Assembly: GCA_048213135.1 (NCBI GenBank)
Contig: PS015194.1
Location: forward strand, 73,234-119,960
Reading direction: 5' to 3'
Length of the DNA: 46,727 nucleotides
Source of the DNA: Reclinomonas americana ATCC 50394
Lineage: Eukaryota
Part shown: in pieces, positions 1 through 15,000 of the stretch
Layout of the letters: each line of letters starts with the position of its first letter
How positions within the stretch are numbered: the first letter of the stretch is position 1
Translations under genes and position numbers: made by a program
The notes under the pieces: model-generated
What the model was told of the DNA's origin: nothing
What the model saw: the letters and a program-made list of their open reading frames with translations, nothing else
Database searches by the model: none

Positions 1-3000
1 CGGCGAGGGGAATCTCTCTCAAGAGACATTCGGTGACTACTGCAACATGGATGGTGCAGTGCCGCGGCTCGCCCGCCCGGAAATGGTGATGCTGGCGCTG
101 ATTTCTTACATCCATTGTCGTCGTCGTCCTCGCTGTTGGTTGCTCACGAAGTGCTGACGCAGAGCCTGGATGAGCTGCATCGCCTGATCGGTGTCAACAT
201 TCCGGAGGACTATCCCAACATGACCGACGGTGAGTGTGCTTTAATGTCATGACCGCGGTATACGTTCTGTGTGTGCAAGTGTTCACAATACCGCACCTCT
301 GCTTGTGGGTATCCTCCCAGGCATCACTCGCAAAATGCGCGAGTTTGCACGCGACCTCTGTGCAAGGTTCCCGATTCTGGAGGTCACTGAAGACTTCCAG
401 GCTCGCATCGAAGGTCGCATTCCCATGACGGTGTGTATGCTAGCTTTGCCACTGCGCGAAAGCGGCCTAGTTTGCTTACCGCTCGTGTTTGTAGAGCCGA
501 TTCGAACTCGAGGAGTTTGTTCACGACTTTATCCATTTGCAACCGCGTCAAATCTTCTTCAAGACGACCATTGTTGCGTGTGTCGACGAGTGCTTTCATT
601 GTCGGTTGCTTTGCTGACAAGTGCGATGCTGCGCAGCACGAGGGCATTACCGCGTCCACCTTTGTGGAGTGGCTGCGCAGTGGACCCATTCGAGCGGCCG
701 AGGATATGCCCGGCACCGTGATTGTGTGTTTCATTGACGAGGAGAACACGTCGCACATTCACGGCGCAGCAAAAGAGGTGTGCCTGCCCCGCTATCGATG
801 GCGAAAGTTGCTGTTGCTGACACGAGCTTGTACGTGATGTAGGCTATGGTGGATGGCATGCTGGACGGCGAACCGCTGCCTGCCAATATCTTCTTTGTGG
901 CTGCAATCAACCCGCCGCGTCTTCGTCGAGCCGATGAGCGAGACCAACTGCGGTCGCAAAGCCGCATGGCGGACGTGGACGAAGCAGCTGCTGCCAATGC
1001 GCCACGCAACGTGCTCAGTGACAGTGACCGCGACTTTGTCACGTACGCACTGCCGGCGTCGTTGGAGTCGCTGACACTCAATTACGACGAACTGACTGCC
1101 GCACAAGAGCGTGCGTAGCATATGTGTGTGTGTTTATATCTTTCGGTGGTTAGTTGCTCACGTATTCTGCAGATGCCTTTGCGGAGCGCCTCATTGAGGA
1201 GCGCGCCCTCCCGCTGTCAGATGAGCTGCCGAGTCCTCGGTATCGCGAGTTGCAGCAGCTGCAGCGCACGGAGCGTGAATCGCTGCTTGCCATGATTCTA
1301 GTGGGCCAGAAATTTGTTCGCACCGACGCCAAGCTGCACCGTGTTCGTGTCTCCATTCGCGACCTGGTCCGCGCCGAGACACTGTATCGGTGGGTGTTTA
1401 CACATATGTAGTGTGTTTTTGTGTCTCGTTTCTGACAACGGTGCAGATTTTTCGTCGCCGGTATACCGCCGGTGCTGTCGCCTGGAGACGATGTGCTGAA
1501 CGAGTACGAACTACGCCAGCAGCTGCACTGGAAGGCGGTCACCATGGCTGTCAGTCTCACCTACTACTTGCGGCTGACACCGGAGCTTCGTATTCAGTTC
1601 GAGCACAAGATCAACGACTGTGCGGCGCGTCTCCGTGGTCGCCCACAGAACTACAACTTTTCGGAGTGGGAGAGGGATGAGATGACCTACTTCTGCAGTC
1701 AGATGCACGTGAGTGATGGACAGTGTCGTCGGTGTGCGTGTTTGCGTTCATGCGATTGGTGGTGTCTCACTCGTATGGGTTCGACGATCAGCTTCCGCCC
1801 GGTATTGCGCTCACTCGCGGTTTGAAGGAAAATGTTGCGTCTGCATGCCGAGATGTGTGGTGTGTGTGCCGCTAATATGGTGATTATGTGCGCGACACAG
1901 CTTTTTGCGTGCTGCGTGTGCATGGAAGCAGGCCTTCCGCTCAACATTGTCGGCGAGCCGGGCACCGCGAAGACACTCTCGTTTGGTGTGGCCGTCAGTA
2001 ACATGGGAACTGTCGGTCGCGGACAGACCCTCCTTTCGGCGTTCCGTCGCGTGAAGCCATTCCACTACCAAGCGAGGTATGCATTTTGCGTTCCTGCCAA
2101 CAAAATAATGGAACCCGCCGCTGACTCGCTCCGTGTGTCTCGTGTGCAGCAAGGACAGCTCGGCCGCTGAGATCGAATCCGTGTTCCAGAACGCCATTGA
2201 TCTCCAGCGCCGCATGCGCAATCTCAATGGCGAGCAGTGCGTGGTATTCCTCGACGAAGCCGGTCAGTTGTGCCGTACCCTACCCCCCGATGTCCAAGTT
2301 CTTGCTGAGTTGGCTTGTTTTGTTGTTTCAGGTCTGCCGTCACAGCGCAAGCAAGCACTTAAGGTCACCCATGCCTATCTGGACCATCCGGTTGTGTCTT
2401 CTGTGTTCTTGTCCAACACGACACTCGACGCAGCGTGAGTAATTGTGTGCGCCCGCTGTCTCTTTTGTGGTGCTCTCGTTTCTCAACAGTTTTGATATTA
2501 CAGCAAGACGAATCGCATGATCCAAGTGCTGCGCCCGCTCTCGTCGGAGGCCGAACTACGCGAGCTCGCGCACGGCTTCCTCACAGACAACTCACCGCAG
2601 GCGGCCACTCCGTACCTCGAGGCGCTTGCGGAGGGGCTGTGCAGGGGATTCAAGCGTGTGGTTGAGTTTGCCGATAACCTCTTCCACATGCGCGATTTCG
2701 TGTACTTTTTGCGGTATCTGCGACGAGCCGCCTCTCGTGACGGCGCTCTGGGCGATCAGGTGCGAGTGTGCATTTGCTTGCGGTGAGAGGATTGCCCCGC
2801 TGTGCTCAAGAATGGCTCTTGGATTGCGCAGTTTGTCGTGTCGGTGGAACACTTTGTGGCCGGCGTGTATCGCAACTTTGGTGGCATTCCGTCTCACCGA
2901 TTGCGCCAGGTGCTCCTTTTTTGTTGTGCGCACATGATAGTTGCAGTGGCGTTGGTGGCTTACCGAGTCGTGTGCAACATTGCCCAGCTGTGTGACATGT

Positions 3001-6000
3001 TTGTTGACGAGGTGAACCGCGCAATCGTGGAAAGGTTCGACCCTCCTCCAGAGCACATGCTGCTGCTGATCGACGAGCGGCGTATGCAAGACTTCTCGGT
3101 GGTCAACGCCCTGCGTGGCAGCCTGGAAGAAAGGCTGAAGGAGGACGAGGACCCGAATCAGGTGTGCAATGTGATGCGCACGCGTGTGTGTGTGCGCCGT
3201 TGACGACTGACGATGTGTGTTGCTCGTGTTCGTCCACGTAGGCCCCGTTCCGCTACACCCTGCTTATCGATCCGACCGAGTCGCAGCTGTCGGTGCAGCT
3301 GCTGTACGACCTCAAGAGTGCGTGTAAAACTGAAACTGTAGCTAACAAGTGCGTACTGACCAGGCAAGTCTCTCTCTCTCTCTCTCTCTTGTGTCAGTTG
3401 TGGATCCTGATCGCACGGTGGTGCGATGTGTCACTGCGGATTTCGAGCGTGATGACGATCAGCTTGTCAATCGGCCTTTGGTTCTTGCTCGCATTGTCGA
3501 CGCCATGCTCAAGGGTCAGACGGTCGTCCTCATCAACGTTGCGACTCTCTCTGTGGTCGTCTTGTGGATTCCTGGCTTGCCAACGAGTCTCTAAACAATC
3601 ACACAGGGTGCGACCATCTTTACATCGTTGTACGATGTCTTCAATCGGCACTTCATGTGCGTCAAGGGCCAGTACTATGGTGTGTCACCAACGGTGCGCA
3701 ATGTCTTAATTGTTGATATTAACCTCCTTTGTTCCTCGCAGCCAATGTGGCCATCGGAGCCATGTCGCGCTACGTTGTCGGTGAATATCACTCTTGTCTT
3801 ACACTTCTTCGTGTTGTCCACTACTGACACTGTCCGTTGGGTGGCTAGTGCATCGCGATTTCCGTGTCATTGTCCACTTGCCACTCAAGTCGTTGCCGAC
3901 TACGCCGCTGCCGTTCTTGAATCGGTGTGTATGCGTGCCCTGTTTTTGTGTGAGTGCGAATTTGCGTGCGCTAACTCTCGCCACCTCGTCAGCTTTGAGA
4001 AATTCGTTCTTGGTGCCACCGATGGTTTGTAATGCAAGAGGCACCATCCGCGATGTTTGATGCTGATGAAAGCTTCTATTTGATACTTCACTTAGTGCTG
4101 GACGAGATGCTGCTTGATCCACGAGTCGCACGCATCCCGACCGTGGACGGTGGATCGGCGCCGCTGTTGCGCGCAGTGTCTGAGGGATGCCATGTTGCGT
4201 GTGACTGTACTTGGTTTTCGTGCGGTGCGGAGAGCTGACTTGCGCGGGTGTGACGCACAGGAATTCGTACGCCAGGTTGATCCTACCGCATTCTTTGGCC
4301 TGCATGCTGCAGAGACGGTTGCCGCTCTCTTCATCAGCGTCGCTCGTCAGAGCGCTGGCGGACTGCCGCTAGTGACTCCTCCGTTTGCCATGCCCCCTCT
4401 CAGCCGGCAGGCAGCTGCGCTGGCCGCTGCCAGTCGCTCAGATCTCGATCCCGATCAGTTGCAGACTCTCATCCGCCTCGCCAATTTCCACCTGCTGCAA
4501 TTGGTGCGACCGGAGACGCTGTACAGCTTGCGACACCGCCTGCCGGTGGTATACTTGTCGGAGGTTGGTGTCCATCCTATGTGCATCTGCTTGTCAGAAG
4601 ACGACACATGCTTATTCACTCTCCTCACTCTTCTTGGCGTGCAGTACCTGGTCACACAGGAGCACCTCTCAGTGTACGCACTGCTGTCGCAAGTGCTGCG
4701 ACTGCGACTGGCTCCCAATGGCGCTGCGGAGGCTCGTGATCAGACGCCATCCAAGTGGGTGATTTACACTCGCTCGTCGTACGAGCTGGCGCAGTTGCAT
4801 CAGCGCCCATCGCTGCTGCGAGTGCTCCTGGCGCCGATGCAAATGGAGCCCGGGCAGGATGTCGCTGATGTGGCGCAGGTTTGTTTTCGCTTCGTCTCGA
4901 ACTGTGCATGTGCCATTTGCATGCGTGCTCAAGTGTTGTGATGTGNNNNNNNNNNNNNNNNNNNNNNNNNNNNNNNNNNNNNNNNNNNNNNNNNNNNNNN
5001 NNNNNNNNNNNNNNNNNNNNNNNNNNNNNNNNNNNNNNNNNNNNNNNNNNNNNNNNNNNNNNNNNNNNNNNNNNNNNNNNNNNNNNNNNNNNNNNNNNNN
5101 NNNNNNNNNNNNNNNNNNNNNNNNNNNNNNNNNNNNNNNNNNNNNNNNNNNNNNNNNNNNNNNNNNNNNNNNNNNNNNNNNNNNNNNNNNNNNNNNNNNN
5201 NNNNNNNNNNNNNNNNNNNNNNNNNNNNNNNNNNNNNNNNNNNNNNNNNNNNNNNNNNNNNNNNNNNNNNNNNNNNNNNNNNNNNNNNNNNNNNNNNCAG
5301 ATTTCCGTACTCGGTTCCTTCATGTCGCAAGAGGACTGCGCAGCCTCGGTGCGCGATTTCTTTGCCAGTCGTCGACGCCTGCTGTTGGTGACAGCGGACA
5401 TGTTGCGTAGATCTCGCACTGGCTTCGGTCGAGAGAGATGATGCATACTGAAAGCACTTATTATTCCTCTGCTGCAGGTCGGTCGTGTCCACTCGCCAAG
5501 TCAACTTTTGGCGCTTCCAAGTCGACGAGCAACTGCGCCAACTGGCCGGTGCTGCTGCTGAGGGCGAGAGAGCACCGGTCGTGGTCCTCATTCAGCATTT
5601 GCCGCCGGAGCTCGTCTCCAACCAGTTTGGTGCGTGCTCACTGGACGCCACACCACTGATCAACAACTGGACGTATACGTACGTGGACTCGCTCGGTAGG
5701 TTGAATTTGTTTGTTCAAAGCGCTGCGTTGAAGCATTCGCGTCTCATGTGACCATCAAGGCTTGTCGACTGGATCTGCACATGACGACGCAATCGTCGCC
5801 GCTGATGCACAGGGTGCTGATGGCGAGCAGCCGGCCGCAGTCATGGGCGCAGTTCACGCACGTCAGTGGATGGCTGTGGCATTCGGCCTGACGCAGCGAG
5901 CGGTTTGTTTGTTTGTGTGGTTGTTGTTGTTTGATTTGGCTCTGTTGTGTGTACTGATGCGCTGCTGTGGACTCGGCAGGCCGCCGATGACGGACAACTG

Positions 6001-9000
6001 GGCGAATTCGACAGCCTCTTTGAGTCCTCGCTTAATGCCGTCTTCAACGTCTGCAATGTCACTGCCGTGCGGCTTCCGCAGTCGCTTGTTCTCCGCCATG
6101 CGTCGGCGTTTTACAAGGCGCCCATGCCGACTGCAGCCATTCCTCCGGCAACTCGACTGGCCGTGTTCCGCAAGGTACGTCTGTGTGACCACTCTTCGAC
6201 AGCAGAGATGTAATGTATTGATTGCTTGTTGCGTAGGTCCTGGAAAAGCACCCGCAGCTCAAGGAGGATGTCGTGCAGCGCTTCGTGAGCATGTGGAACT
6301 TGATGATGCTGTCGCGCATTGTGGACTCGAGCTGCAAGGTCCTCACGCGCTTCCTTCTCCGATTTTGTCGCATCTGTTGTGCCTGCTGACACGAGAGTGC
6401 CGCTGTTGCAGAGCATCTTGCGTGGCGACATTGTGCGGTCGTTGCTGGATGTCATCCTGTCGAGCATGCAAGAGATGATGCAGGGTCAGCTGTCCAACAT
6501 TGTTCGGGCCTTCTGCGAGCATCTGTCATTGGAAAGCGTACTTCGCGTGCTGTTTGACGACGAAGCCAACTTGGCGGTGCACGCCGAGTGGCTCACAGTG
6601 TGCATTCGCTCCCTCGAATCGTCGCGTCCGACCGGCACCGGCAGCGGCACCGGTGCATTGACATGCTCAGTGCCAATGGGCAAGGACCTCATCGCTGAGC
6701 CGCCCCGACTGCCACTATACGATGTTGCGTGCCCAGGCGTGATTGTGAACAGCGCACACCCGAGCCTTGTGAGAGGTGGCCAGCTCAAGCGGTGTTTTAT
6801 TTCTCTGCGTTGAACACAGTACCTCGCGTCTCGCATGCGTACTCTGGTGCGACGAGCTGTTCGACGTGTTCCGGAGCGTCGCGACGATCCTGAGGCTCTT
6901 GCCGAGCAGCTCGACTTGCTGCTCCGCAAGAGCACTGTGGCCCCGCTGTGCGCTACGATCGAGCAACGCGACTGTTGCGTGTGTTCTTCGCAATTCATGC
7001 AGATTAAGTCTTGCGGAGCTCACCCAACACTCCTCCTTGCTTCACACGCAGTGCTGTGGAACAACTGCCTGTACGACTTCCTCACTCGCAGCTTGGGTCT
7101 GCCTCTTCGCGGCTTGCCTGAGCGCCTGTTCAACGTGTTTGCGCATCTGCTGGAGCTCCTCGACTCGCGCCGTGGCAAGATGTGCTCCATGTTCGTCTCG
7201 CTGCATCTGCAGCGCCCGCTCTTCGCATTCGCGTTTGCGTCACTCCGACCACTGTTGGAGATCGCGCCGGGCGAGTGCGTGCAGCTGTTTGCGGATCTGG
7301 AGCGCGCAGGCACTGTGGAGGAGTTCCGGCGGACACTCGTTGGTCGCGATGTGGGAGTGCTGTTCAATGCCCTCGTCGACATTGCTCACGGCCACGCCGC
7401 CGATGCCGACTTGCAGAAGCGCATGACGGCGCTGGAAAGCACGCTACTCTTCTACTTTAGTCGAGTCGGCAGTCGTGAGAAGCTGCTGCCCATGGTGGCT
7501 GACGCGCACGAACGCGCCAAGATTGACGTGCTTACGGTTCGCTTGGACGTCCTCGGTCAATGCGATCACTTCTCCCAAGCAAGGTTCTGACCGCACGCTT
7601 GCTTGACGTGTTTCAGGTTGTACATCTGTGGCTCCATCAGCTGCAGTTCGGCAACGAGTCTGCAGAGGTGCTTATTCGAGATCTGTCGCGCATTATCGAC
7701 GACGTCGAGCGTGCGGTGCGCGAGGCGCGCCTGGTAAGCTGTTACAGCTGAATCATTCCGTCCGTCTGCGGTTGTCTCACTAACACGTGTCGCAATAGCC
7801 CTTCGGAGGCGTGATGGAACTCGTGCGGCAGCTGATTCGCGCCGAGTATGACCGCCGTCATGGAGTGATTGATGGACAAGTGGTGGCTGGATTCCTCTTC
7901 GAAGTTCTGCAAACATTTGTGTCTGCACCGTTGTTGGAGGCAGGTGTGCGCGAGGACCCGGCCGTCCAGGCTCAGTGGCTCGACGGTCAGGCCAGTGCCA
8001 TGAGACTGCTGAATCCGGAGCAGGCCGATCACTCTCGCTTCGTGCGTAATCAGGAGCGCACTTGTCGCCGCTCACGCCGCTGTCGCCTTCTCAATCATGG
8101 TTTTGTGTGTATAGTTCTTCAACGAGTTGCCGCGCGATCTGCGCGCTCAGATGCTGCTGAAGATCGTCCGCGAGGCACTCTCGTCGCCCCATCACGAGGC
8201 CAAGGAACAGCTCTTCAGCGCCATGAGCGACGAGATTCGCATGGGTATTGCCAGCCCGGAACAAGGCGCAGCTGCAGGTGCTGCCGCGCCTGCCTTTGTG
8301 CCGTTGGATCTCTGTGCGGCGGACGTGCTGGCGGATGCGGCATTTGTGTCGCGCTTCGACGTACTGTGCTACGAGGTCAGCTGTTCTGCCTCTTGCTGCC
8401 TTTTTGTAATGCGCACACTTACCGATTCTGCTTCGTGCAACAGGTGTTTGCAGAGTATATTCGTGGGTTCACCGTGCGCGACTGCGTGCAGTACATTCTC
8501 TCGATTGAGCAGCAAGTACTGCGCGACCCAGGCGCCAAGGTACACTACAATACCGTACGCGTTCAACATGGCAAAAACAGTTGAGCCTCACCCGCTGTTT
8601 CTCTCTGTCTCTCGCTTGCGTGTTGCACAGTTGTCTGGTGACGTGTTCGGGGCCGCACTTCGTGTCCAACTCTTGCGAACATTTGCCTCGACGCTCGGCA
8701 GCGATCCACGACCACCCATCGAAGTTGCGTCGTGCGACGAGTTGAACTCTCTTTCCGTGCTTCCCCTGGTTGCTCATTGTGACCGCCAGTTGCTACGTGA
8801 TGTAAATGTGGTCGGCGATGTCGCTACCGCCGAACGCCTGTTGCGCCAGGCGCTGGCTTCCGGCCAACCGGCTCAGTTGTTCTTCTTCGGCTCCATTCCG
8901 GTGCGACTCCTCGCGTGTGTCTTCGATTGGTTTTAGGCATGGTCTTTACCGCGGCTTTCGCTTGTCACATGCATATGCAGACACAAGACCGGCTGGTGAC

Positions 9001-12000
9001 CGTGCTGCGTTCGCGTGAGTTCCTCGACGCGCTGGGCATGGTGCAAAACTGGTTCGTCGATTCGGAAGTTGGCGCCGCCTCCTCGCACCAGATGCCATTC
9101 ATGCTCGATCCGACGCACCCACACCATGCGGTCTTCACGGCTCTCCGCACTGCGATTGCCAACAATAACCCTCAAGTTTGTGCACTCGACTAGCTGCCTA
9201 CTTCAATGGAGCCACACACTCATTTATCGCACAATGTTCTTTGGTGCAGGCGGTGGTGCAGCTCGTGACCGAGCGAGTGAATCAGGCCGGTGGCGACGCT
9301 TCAGCGATCCTGGAAACGCGCCACGTGCTCCGCATGTGCGTGTTGGCTGTCGCGTACCACGATTACTTCTGCCGCTGCCGCGAGAGTGCTTGCCTCGTCA
9401 CACTGCTGGACGACGCCGCCTACCAGGGCGTCCGAGATGCGCTGCTGCTGGATTCGCACGCGGGTTCGGCGGGCCGTGAGCGTCGCATGTTCCGCTTCTT
9501 CTCGGTTATGCCACCCGACGTTCCCGATCGCTACGCCAACGCATTCGCGTACATCTTTTCTCTCCAGTTGTGTTTCCTCTGTCTCTCATGCCACTTCTCG
9601 GCACAGTGGTTAACGCACTTGCTTACCATTGCAGTGCTGTGCAAAACGATCCGGCCCTTGCGATCAAGCGCCACTTCTTGTTCAACTTGCTGCTCACCGC
9701 TGTCAGCCTGCCGCACGATAGGAGCCATTTGTACCCACGCATCTTCTGTCCGACGGTGAGATCGTCGCTGCGGCGTTGACTGCCGTCGTTTTCGCTTCTC
9801 ACAGTGGTGGTTTACTGATGTGCAGGAAATCGACGGTGCCAGCGAAATCGGCATTGGCTCTGCCAACTGTCACCGCAAGATCTGGGACTGCGGCTACCAG
9901 TATGACGTGCAGACTGGTTTGCAGCAAGGTCATACGTTTGACGGCAACACGCTGCACCGGTTGACCATGAACGCCATTACCTGTGCGTTTGCTTGTTGCA
10001 TGTGCACCATCGTCGAGGGAGACTGACAACTAGAATGCGCATCCTTGCAGGGGGCTCCACTGCCATGTGCTTCCTCATCGACCCGGAGGTTCACGCGGAA
10101 AATATTCGAGACGGCCGGTATGTGTGTGTGTGCACCGCTGGTATGTATAATGCACGACAGATTGCTGACAGAATGTTCATCGGCAGGCCGTACCATTACC
10201 TGAGTTGAGTTGCATCGTGCTGCCGCGCCATGTGCGACTGAGCTCACGAATTGCTCCTTGTTTTTATTGTGGCATTTTGTAGACGCCTACGGAGAGTTTG
10301 CACGTGAGCGAGTCGATGGTATCGAGGTCCAGCGCAACCTGTCGCAGCAAATCGCCATTTACGCCTGGACGAAACCTTCAGTGTTCTTTGATGAAGTCTC
10401 TGCGCACGGTCTGCATCTCCTATGCTGGCGCTGTTGTCTTTTGCGGTGCTGCTGACGTGACGCTTTGTGTCTGGTAGCTGCGGTCACCGATGTGTCGTTC
10501 TACATGACGCAGGCGTTGGATCTGTGGCGAACAGAGGCGTGGCGAGCGATTCGTGCGGGCGGCGCTGATGTTCTGCGTGCGCACTTTACGACAGAGCCGC
10601 AAGGTGAGTTGCTGGATCGTGTATGTGAAGTAAGAGGCGACACGAGAGCTTATTCGTGAAACCATCATAGCCAAGGGCTATGAGAATTCCTGGCGCGATT
10701 GGTCATTCGCGCATTTGGTGGGTGCCGACTACGTGGCACTGAAGGCGCCGTACGAGGGCGCAGCCCGCCGCGCGGCTGAGCCCGTCGACCGTGCGTTGGA
10801 GTGGCATAACAGGAACATTGCAAATGTGGGCCTCCACCGACTGCGCTTCCCATCCGTTGACTCATTCCGCGATGCGCTTGGTAAGTGTTGTCATCAAGAA
10901 GGCGATGTCATGTGAAGTAACTGGCCTCATGATCACCATCGTGTGCCGGTTTGCAGGAGCGCAACGACCCGCGTTTGTGTACAAGTTCTTTGGCAAACGG
11001 CGCCATTTGTCCATGTTACAGCACATTCCGCTGTTGGTGCACTTCTACAATGCGATCCACCAGCTGGTGGACCACCGTTGCGTTGGGCGCTGCTCTGCTG
11101 CTTCTCGCATCGTGTTGACTGTGGGTCACAGGCCTTACCGAGGAGCAAGCCTGTTCCATGACTGTGCGTACCGTCATTGCTGAGCTCGAAGAGCGCGCCG
11201 ACATGCGTCGCGAATTGCTGGAGCTGTGGAACCAATTCCGAGCGGCCACGACGGAGATTGCGGAGGTGTTTGCTCTGTTGCCTGGTTGCGGAGAAGACGA
11301 CGATGGTGGCGATGAAGACGGCGGCGCCGACGATGGTGCACACCGCGGGCAGGCCGACGCAGCTGCGCGGACAATTCCACTCATCGACGACGAGACGCCG
11401 TTGATGGTGCTCTTATCGGTTTGTCAACAGTTTGCTTGCATACTATTGTGATCATCATGTCTTGGGTGGATATTGACTGGACGTTCTCTACTTGTACATG
11501 TAGTGGGCCGACGAAAACATGCATGATGCAATCTTGCAGATTGTGGAGATGTTGGTTCGCTTGCAGAACTCGATGCTCCGATCGGCACACGACGCGCTTC
11601 CGCAGCTGGGCGTGACACGCGTGTCGGATGTGGCCCATCTGCATCTCATTGACGTCCACAAGGACTTCACGATGCAGCAGTCGCTGTTGACTGGCGACCT
11701 GGATAACTCCTTGCAGGCGTACGGTGTCACCTGCGTGAGTGTGGCGGATGATGGGCAGCTGGTGGTGGACTGGCCTCGCCTCAGTCGATATGTGCGTATC
11801 TCTTGTCCCTTTTCTCACTGTGATACGCGTGCTGACTGTGTGTACTTGCAAATGATGCAGCTCGTGTATCGCCATGTTCTCGGTCGCGCGTCAATCGTCA
11901 GCAGCAGAGATTCTACTGGTGGTGTGCGGCGAGTGTGGGAGCCCAAGACTCAACAGGCGCAGGCCGCGCACGCCGGTGCTGCGGTTGCTGCCGAGGGTGC

Positions 12001-15000
12001 AGATGCTCAGTCGGGTGGCGACGGTGCCATGAGTGCACTGGTCGAGTTACTCCCCCGAGTCACTGACCAGTTGTGTCCACCACTTGAGGGGCGCCAGGAG
12101 GACGAGTTGCAGAGAATGTGTGGCCGCGCAACTAGCGCGCAGCTGTCACAGGTGGCAGAGCAGCTGGTCAGTGTCCTCCGCAGTTGCCTGGCCGAGCGGC
12201 TGTTCTTGGACCGCCATTCGCGTCTGGTTTGTATTCGTGTGATCCACTGCAGCTGTGCAGGAAAAGTCCACTAATTGGCGAGCAGACGATTGAGGATGTG
12301 TGCAACGAGTACTGCGGAGTCCCTGTCACCGGCTTCCTCACGCTTGCGTGCGGCCGCCCGATCAGACATTTGCGCAGTCTGTGCAACGTGGTGGTCGAAC
12401 TGTTCGCCGACATGGCGGAACTCGGCGAGCAAGCGGCTGGAGGCAATTTGTTTGGCGGCGTCGGTCAACAGCTCGATCGCCCATTCTCCCTTCAGTGTCG
12501 AGTTTCGTTTTTCACGAGCTGCCCATAGGCGTGTTATCTCGCAGCTGACATGTGAATCTTGCAAGACTGCGCTGGACGCAGCACGACAGCGCATTCTAAT
12601 CTCCAGCGACAGCATGGAGGCGCGGCGTACGGTGGCGTTCTTGCAACGTGTCAGTCAGGCGCTGCGCGAGGATTACATTGTCGAGGCACTGCAAATGCAG
12701 CCACAGATGTCTCTTTGCGAGGCTCTGGGACAGGAGTTGGACCGGGAAGCGCACGGCGACATGATTGATATCTGGCTGCCTGCATCGCTGCTTGCCGAGC
12801 ACTATTCGACGTACTTGCGCTTCCTGCGCAAGGTCATTGGCGTTTTGTCTCTGCGCTTCCTGCGCGCCAATACGCAGCAGTATGCCGAACATCCACCGCC
12901 GTGGTGCGTCCCGGATCGTCCTCTGCAGCAGATGGCATTCCTGTCCGAGGAGGAGCCTCCGACGCCCGCAAATTCCGAGGCAAGCTCTGCCGATCGCCGC
13001 CGCCCTCGCCACGAAAGCGGCGACCTCGGCGTGGACGAAGATGCGGTGGAGGACGATGTGGAGATGGTTGAATTCCCCACGGCCTTCAACCGCGGTGGCC
13101 GAGGTGGCGGCGGGCAGCAGCCGGCTGGTGCACAGGACTTCTTCCTGCATCAGGCACGCCGCATGCACTTGCTGCAGAGTTTGCAAGATGCCGTGGCTGT
13201 GGGAGACATCGAGGTTTGCGACACTTGTGCTATCTCGTGTGCTGCTGCTGAAGCTGATGTTAACGGCTGCATCAGTCCATGTTCGCCGTTCTTCAAGAGG
13301 ATGTGACTCTGCTCGAGATGCGCAACTCGGACGGCCTCGGTTTGTTGCACCTGGCCGCCTGGCACAATCAAGCCGACCTATTCCATGTGCTGGTCGAGCA
13401 AGTGCCAATGGACCCGTGGATGAGAAATGCCGACGGAATGACAGCGTTGCACTTTGCGTTGCGTAGTGCCACCTCATCCTTGTCCTTCTCCACCTCGACC
13501 ACTGCTGCTCACAAGAGAAAAATCTGAAAACAGGTGCTTCCGCAACGCCCAGGCTGTCATCGGAGCTCTTGCTGAAATGGGTCCCCTCGACTTCACCATC
13601 GAGACCGAGGACAAGAGAACGCCGCTTTCGCTTGCGGAGGAGGGTGGTCACGTTGAACTGGTTGGCAAGATTCAAGCCGTGCTCCATGGGTGCGCCTATC
13701 ATGTATTTGTTTTTCCTCGCTGTTGCACAATGGTCATCACAACTGACTCTTCTGCGTGGCCGTGGCAGCGACTCTGCGCCGTCAGACGATCCAGTGGAGC
13801 TGATGCCCATCGGCGTTGCTACATTGGATGTGGTGTGGTCCCTGCTTGCTGAAGGCGTCGGCGCGTCGCCGTTGCCGGCAGATTCTGCAGTTGGAGACGA
13901 CGTCCAGTACCTGCAGAGTGCCGTATTGGCGCTGGGACTGCAGCCGCGATCCACGCAGAGTATGTCTGTGATCGAGGTCGTGCAGAGTGCGCTGGGAGAC
14001 GAGAGCGGAAGCTCGTGGCGCTGCGATGCGGCGGCTGAATGGAGCATGAGTGCAGAGGGCACCATCGCCGGTCACCCTGTGGACTTTACGGCTTTGGCGG
14101 AGGAGATTGTCGCTGGCCGAGTCGACCCGTCTCGTGATCTGGCCGCTCTGTGGGCTCTGCTGGTGGCTCAGCCACCTTCGGCGGATGCTGCACGGCCTTC
14201 ATGGGTTGTGCTTGTCACCTCCAGTCGTCGCGTTCCTGCCGCATTGTTCCGAGTGGGTGCAGATCTGGCGGAGGCCAGCCAACTGGCCGCCTTCGAAGCC
14301 GACCCTCCCAAGTCTGCTGACGAGTGCTTGTTTGTGGGCCTGCTTATGTCCAGTCGGGAATTCTTTGCTCTGGAGGTCGCGGATGAAGGGCTGCTGCAGG
14401 CTGCTCTTCTGCAGCGGTGGCAACCGCCACCGGTTGATACCGCAGCCGCAGATCAGCAGTCGACGTTGATGGAACCGAGAGAGCTTGTGGCACAGTTTCG
14501 CACACTCGTCCTTGTCTTCTTGCTCATCTATTGTTAGAAAGAACTGACGGTTTGGAGTATTGCAGCTGTGTGCTGAGCACTCCGCTCTCGCTCGTCGGTG
14601 TGCTGCCAACAGAGGGCGTGGCCGATGTTCCTGCCGACCAAACTACGGCGGCGGCGGCGGCAATTGAGCACGCCGTTACTCAATTTGGCCTATCCATCGT
14701 CTCAAGTCACGGCTCTTTGCTACATGCACTGTGCGCTCCTCAGCCGCCAGAGTCTGCTGGGCCCTCTGCGGAGGTCAGTATTATGGGTGCATGCTGCGTA
14801 TTGTTGAAGTTTTCCCCCATTCTCAATCAAGTCGCTGTCGAGTGCAGATCATGACGGCAGAGGCGGCCGCGGATTGCATCGGCGAGTGGACTCTGCTGAG
14901 CGAGAGCACCGCCGTTCTGCCAGTCAGCCCATTCTTTGATGGCGACAAGCCAGATGGCGTTCAAGTCTCGCACGTGTTGCAGCAACTCGGTACGGTCGTC

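Noticed and set aside
12596-14065. 489-aa minus-strand ORF
   Set aside because: Antisense shadow of GC-rich RNF213-like exons, with no recognisable motifs.
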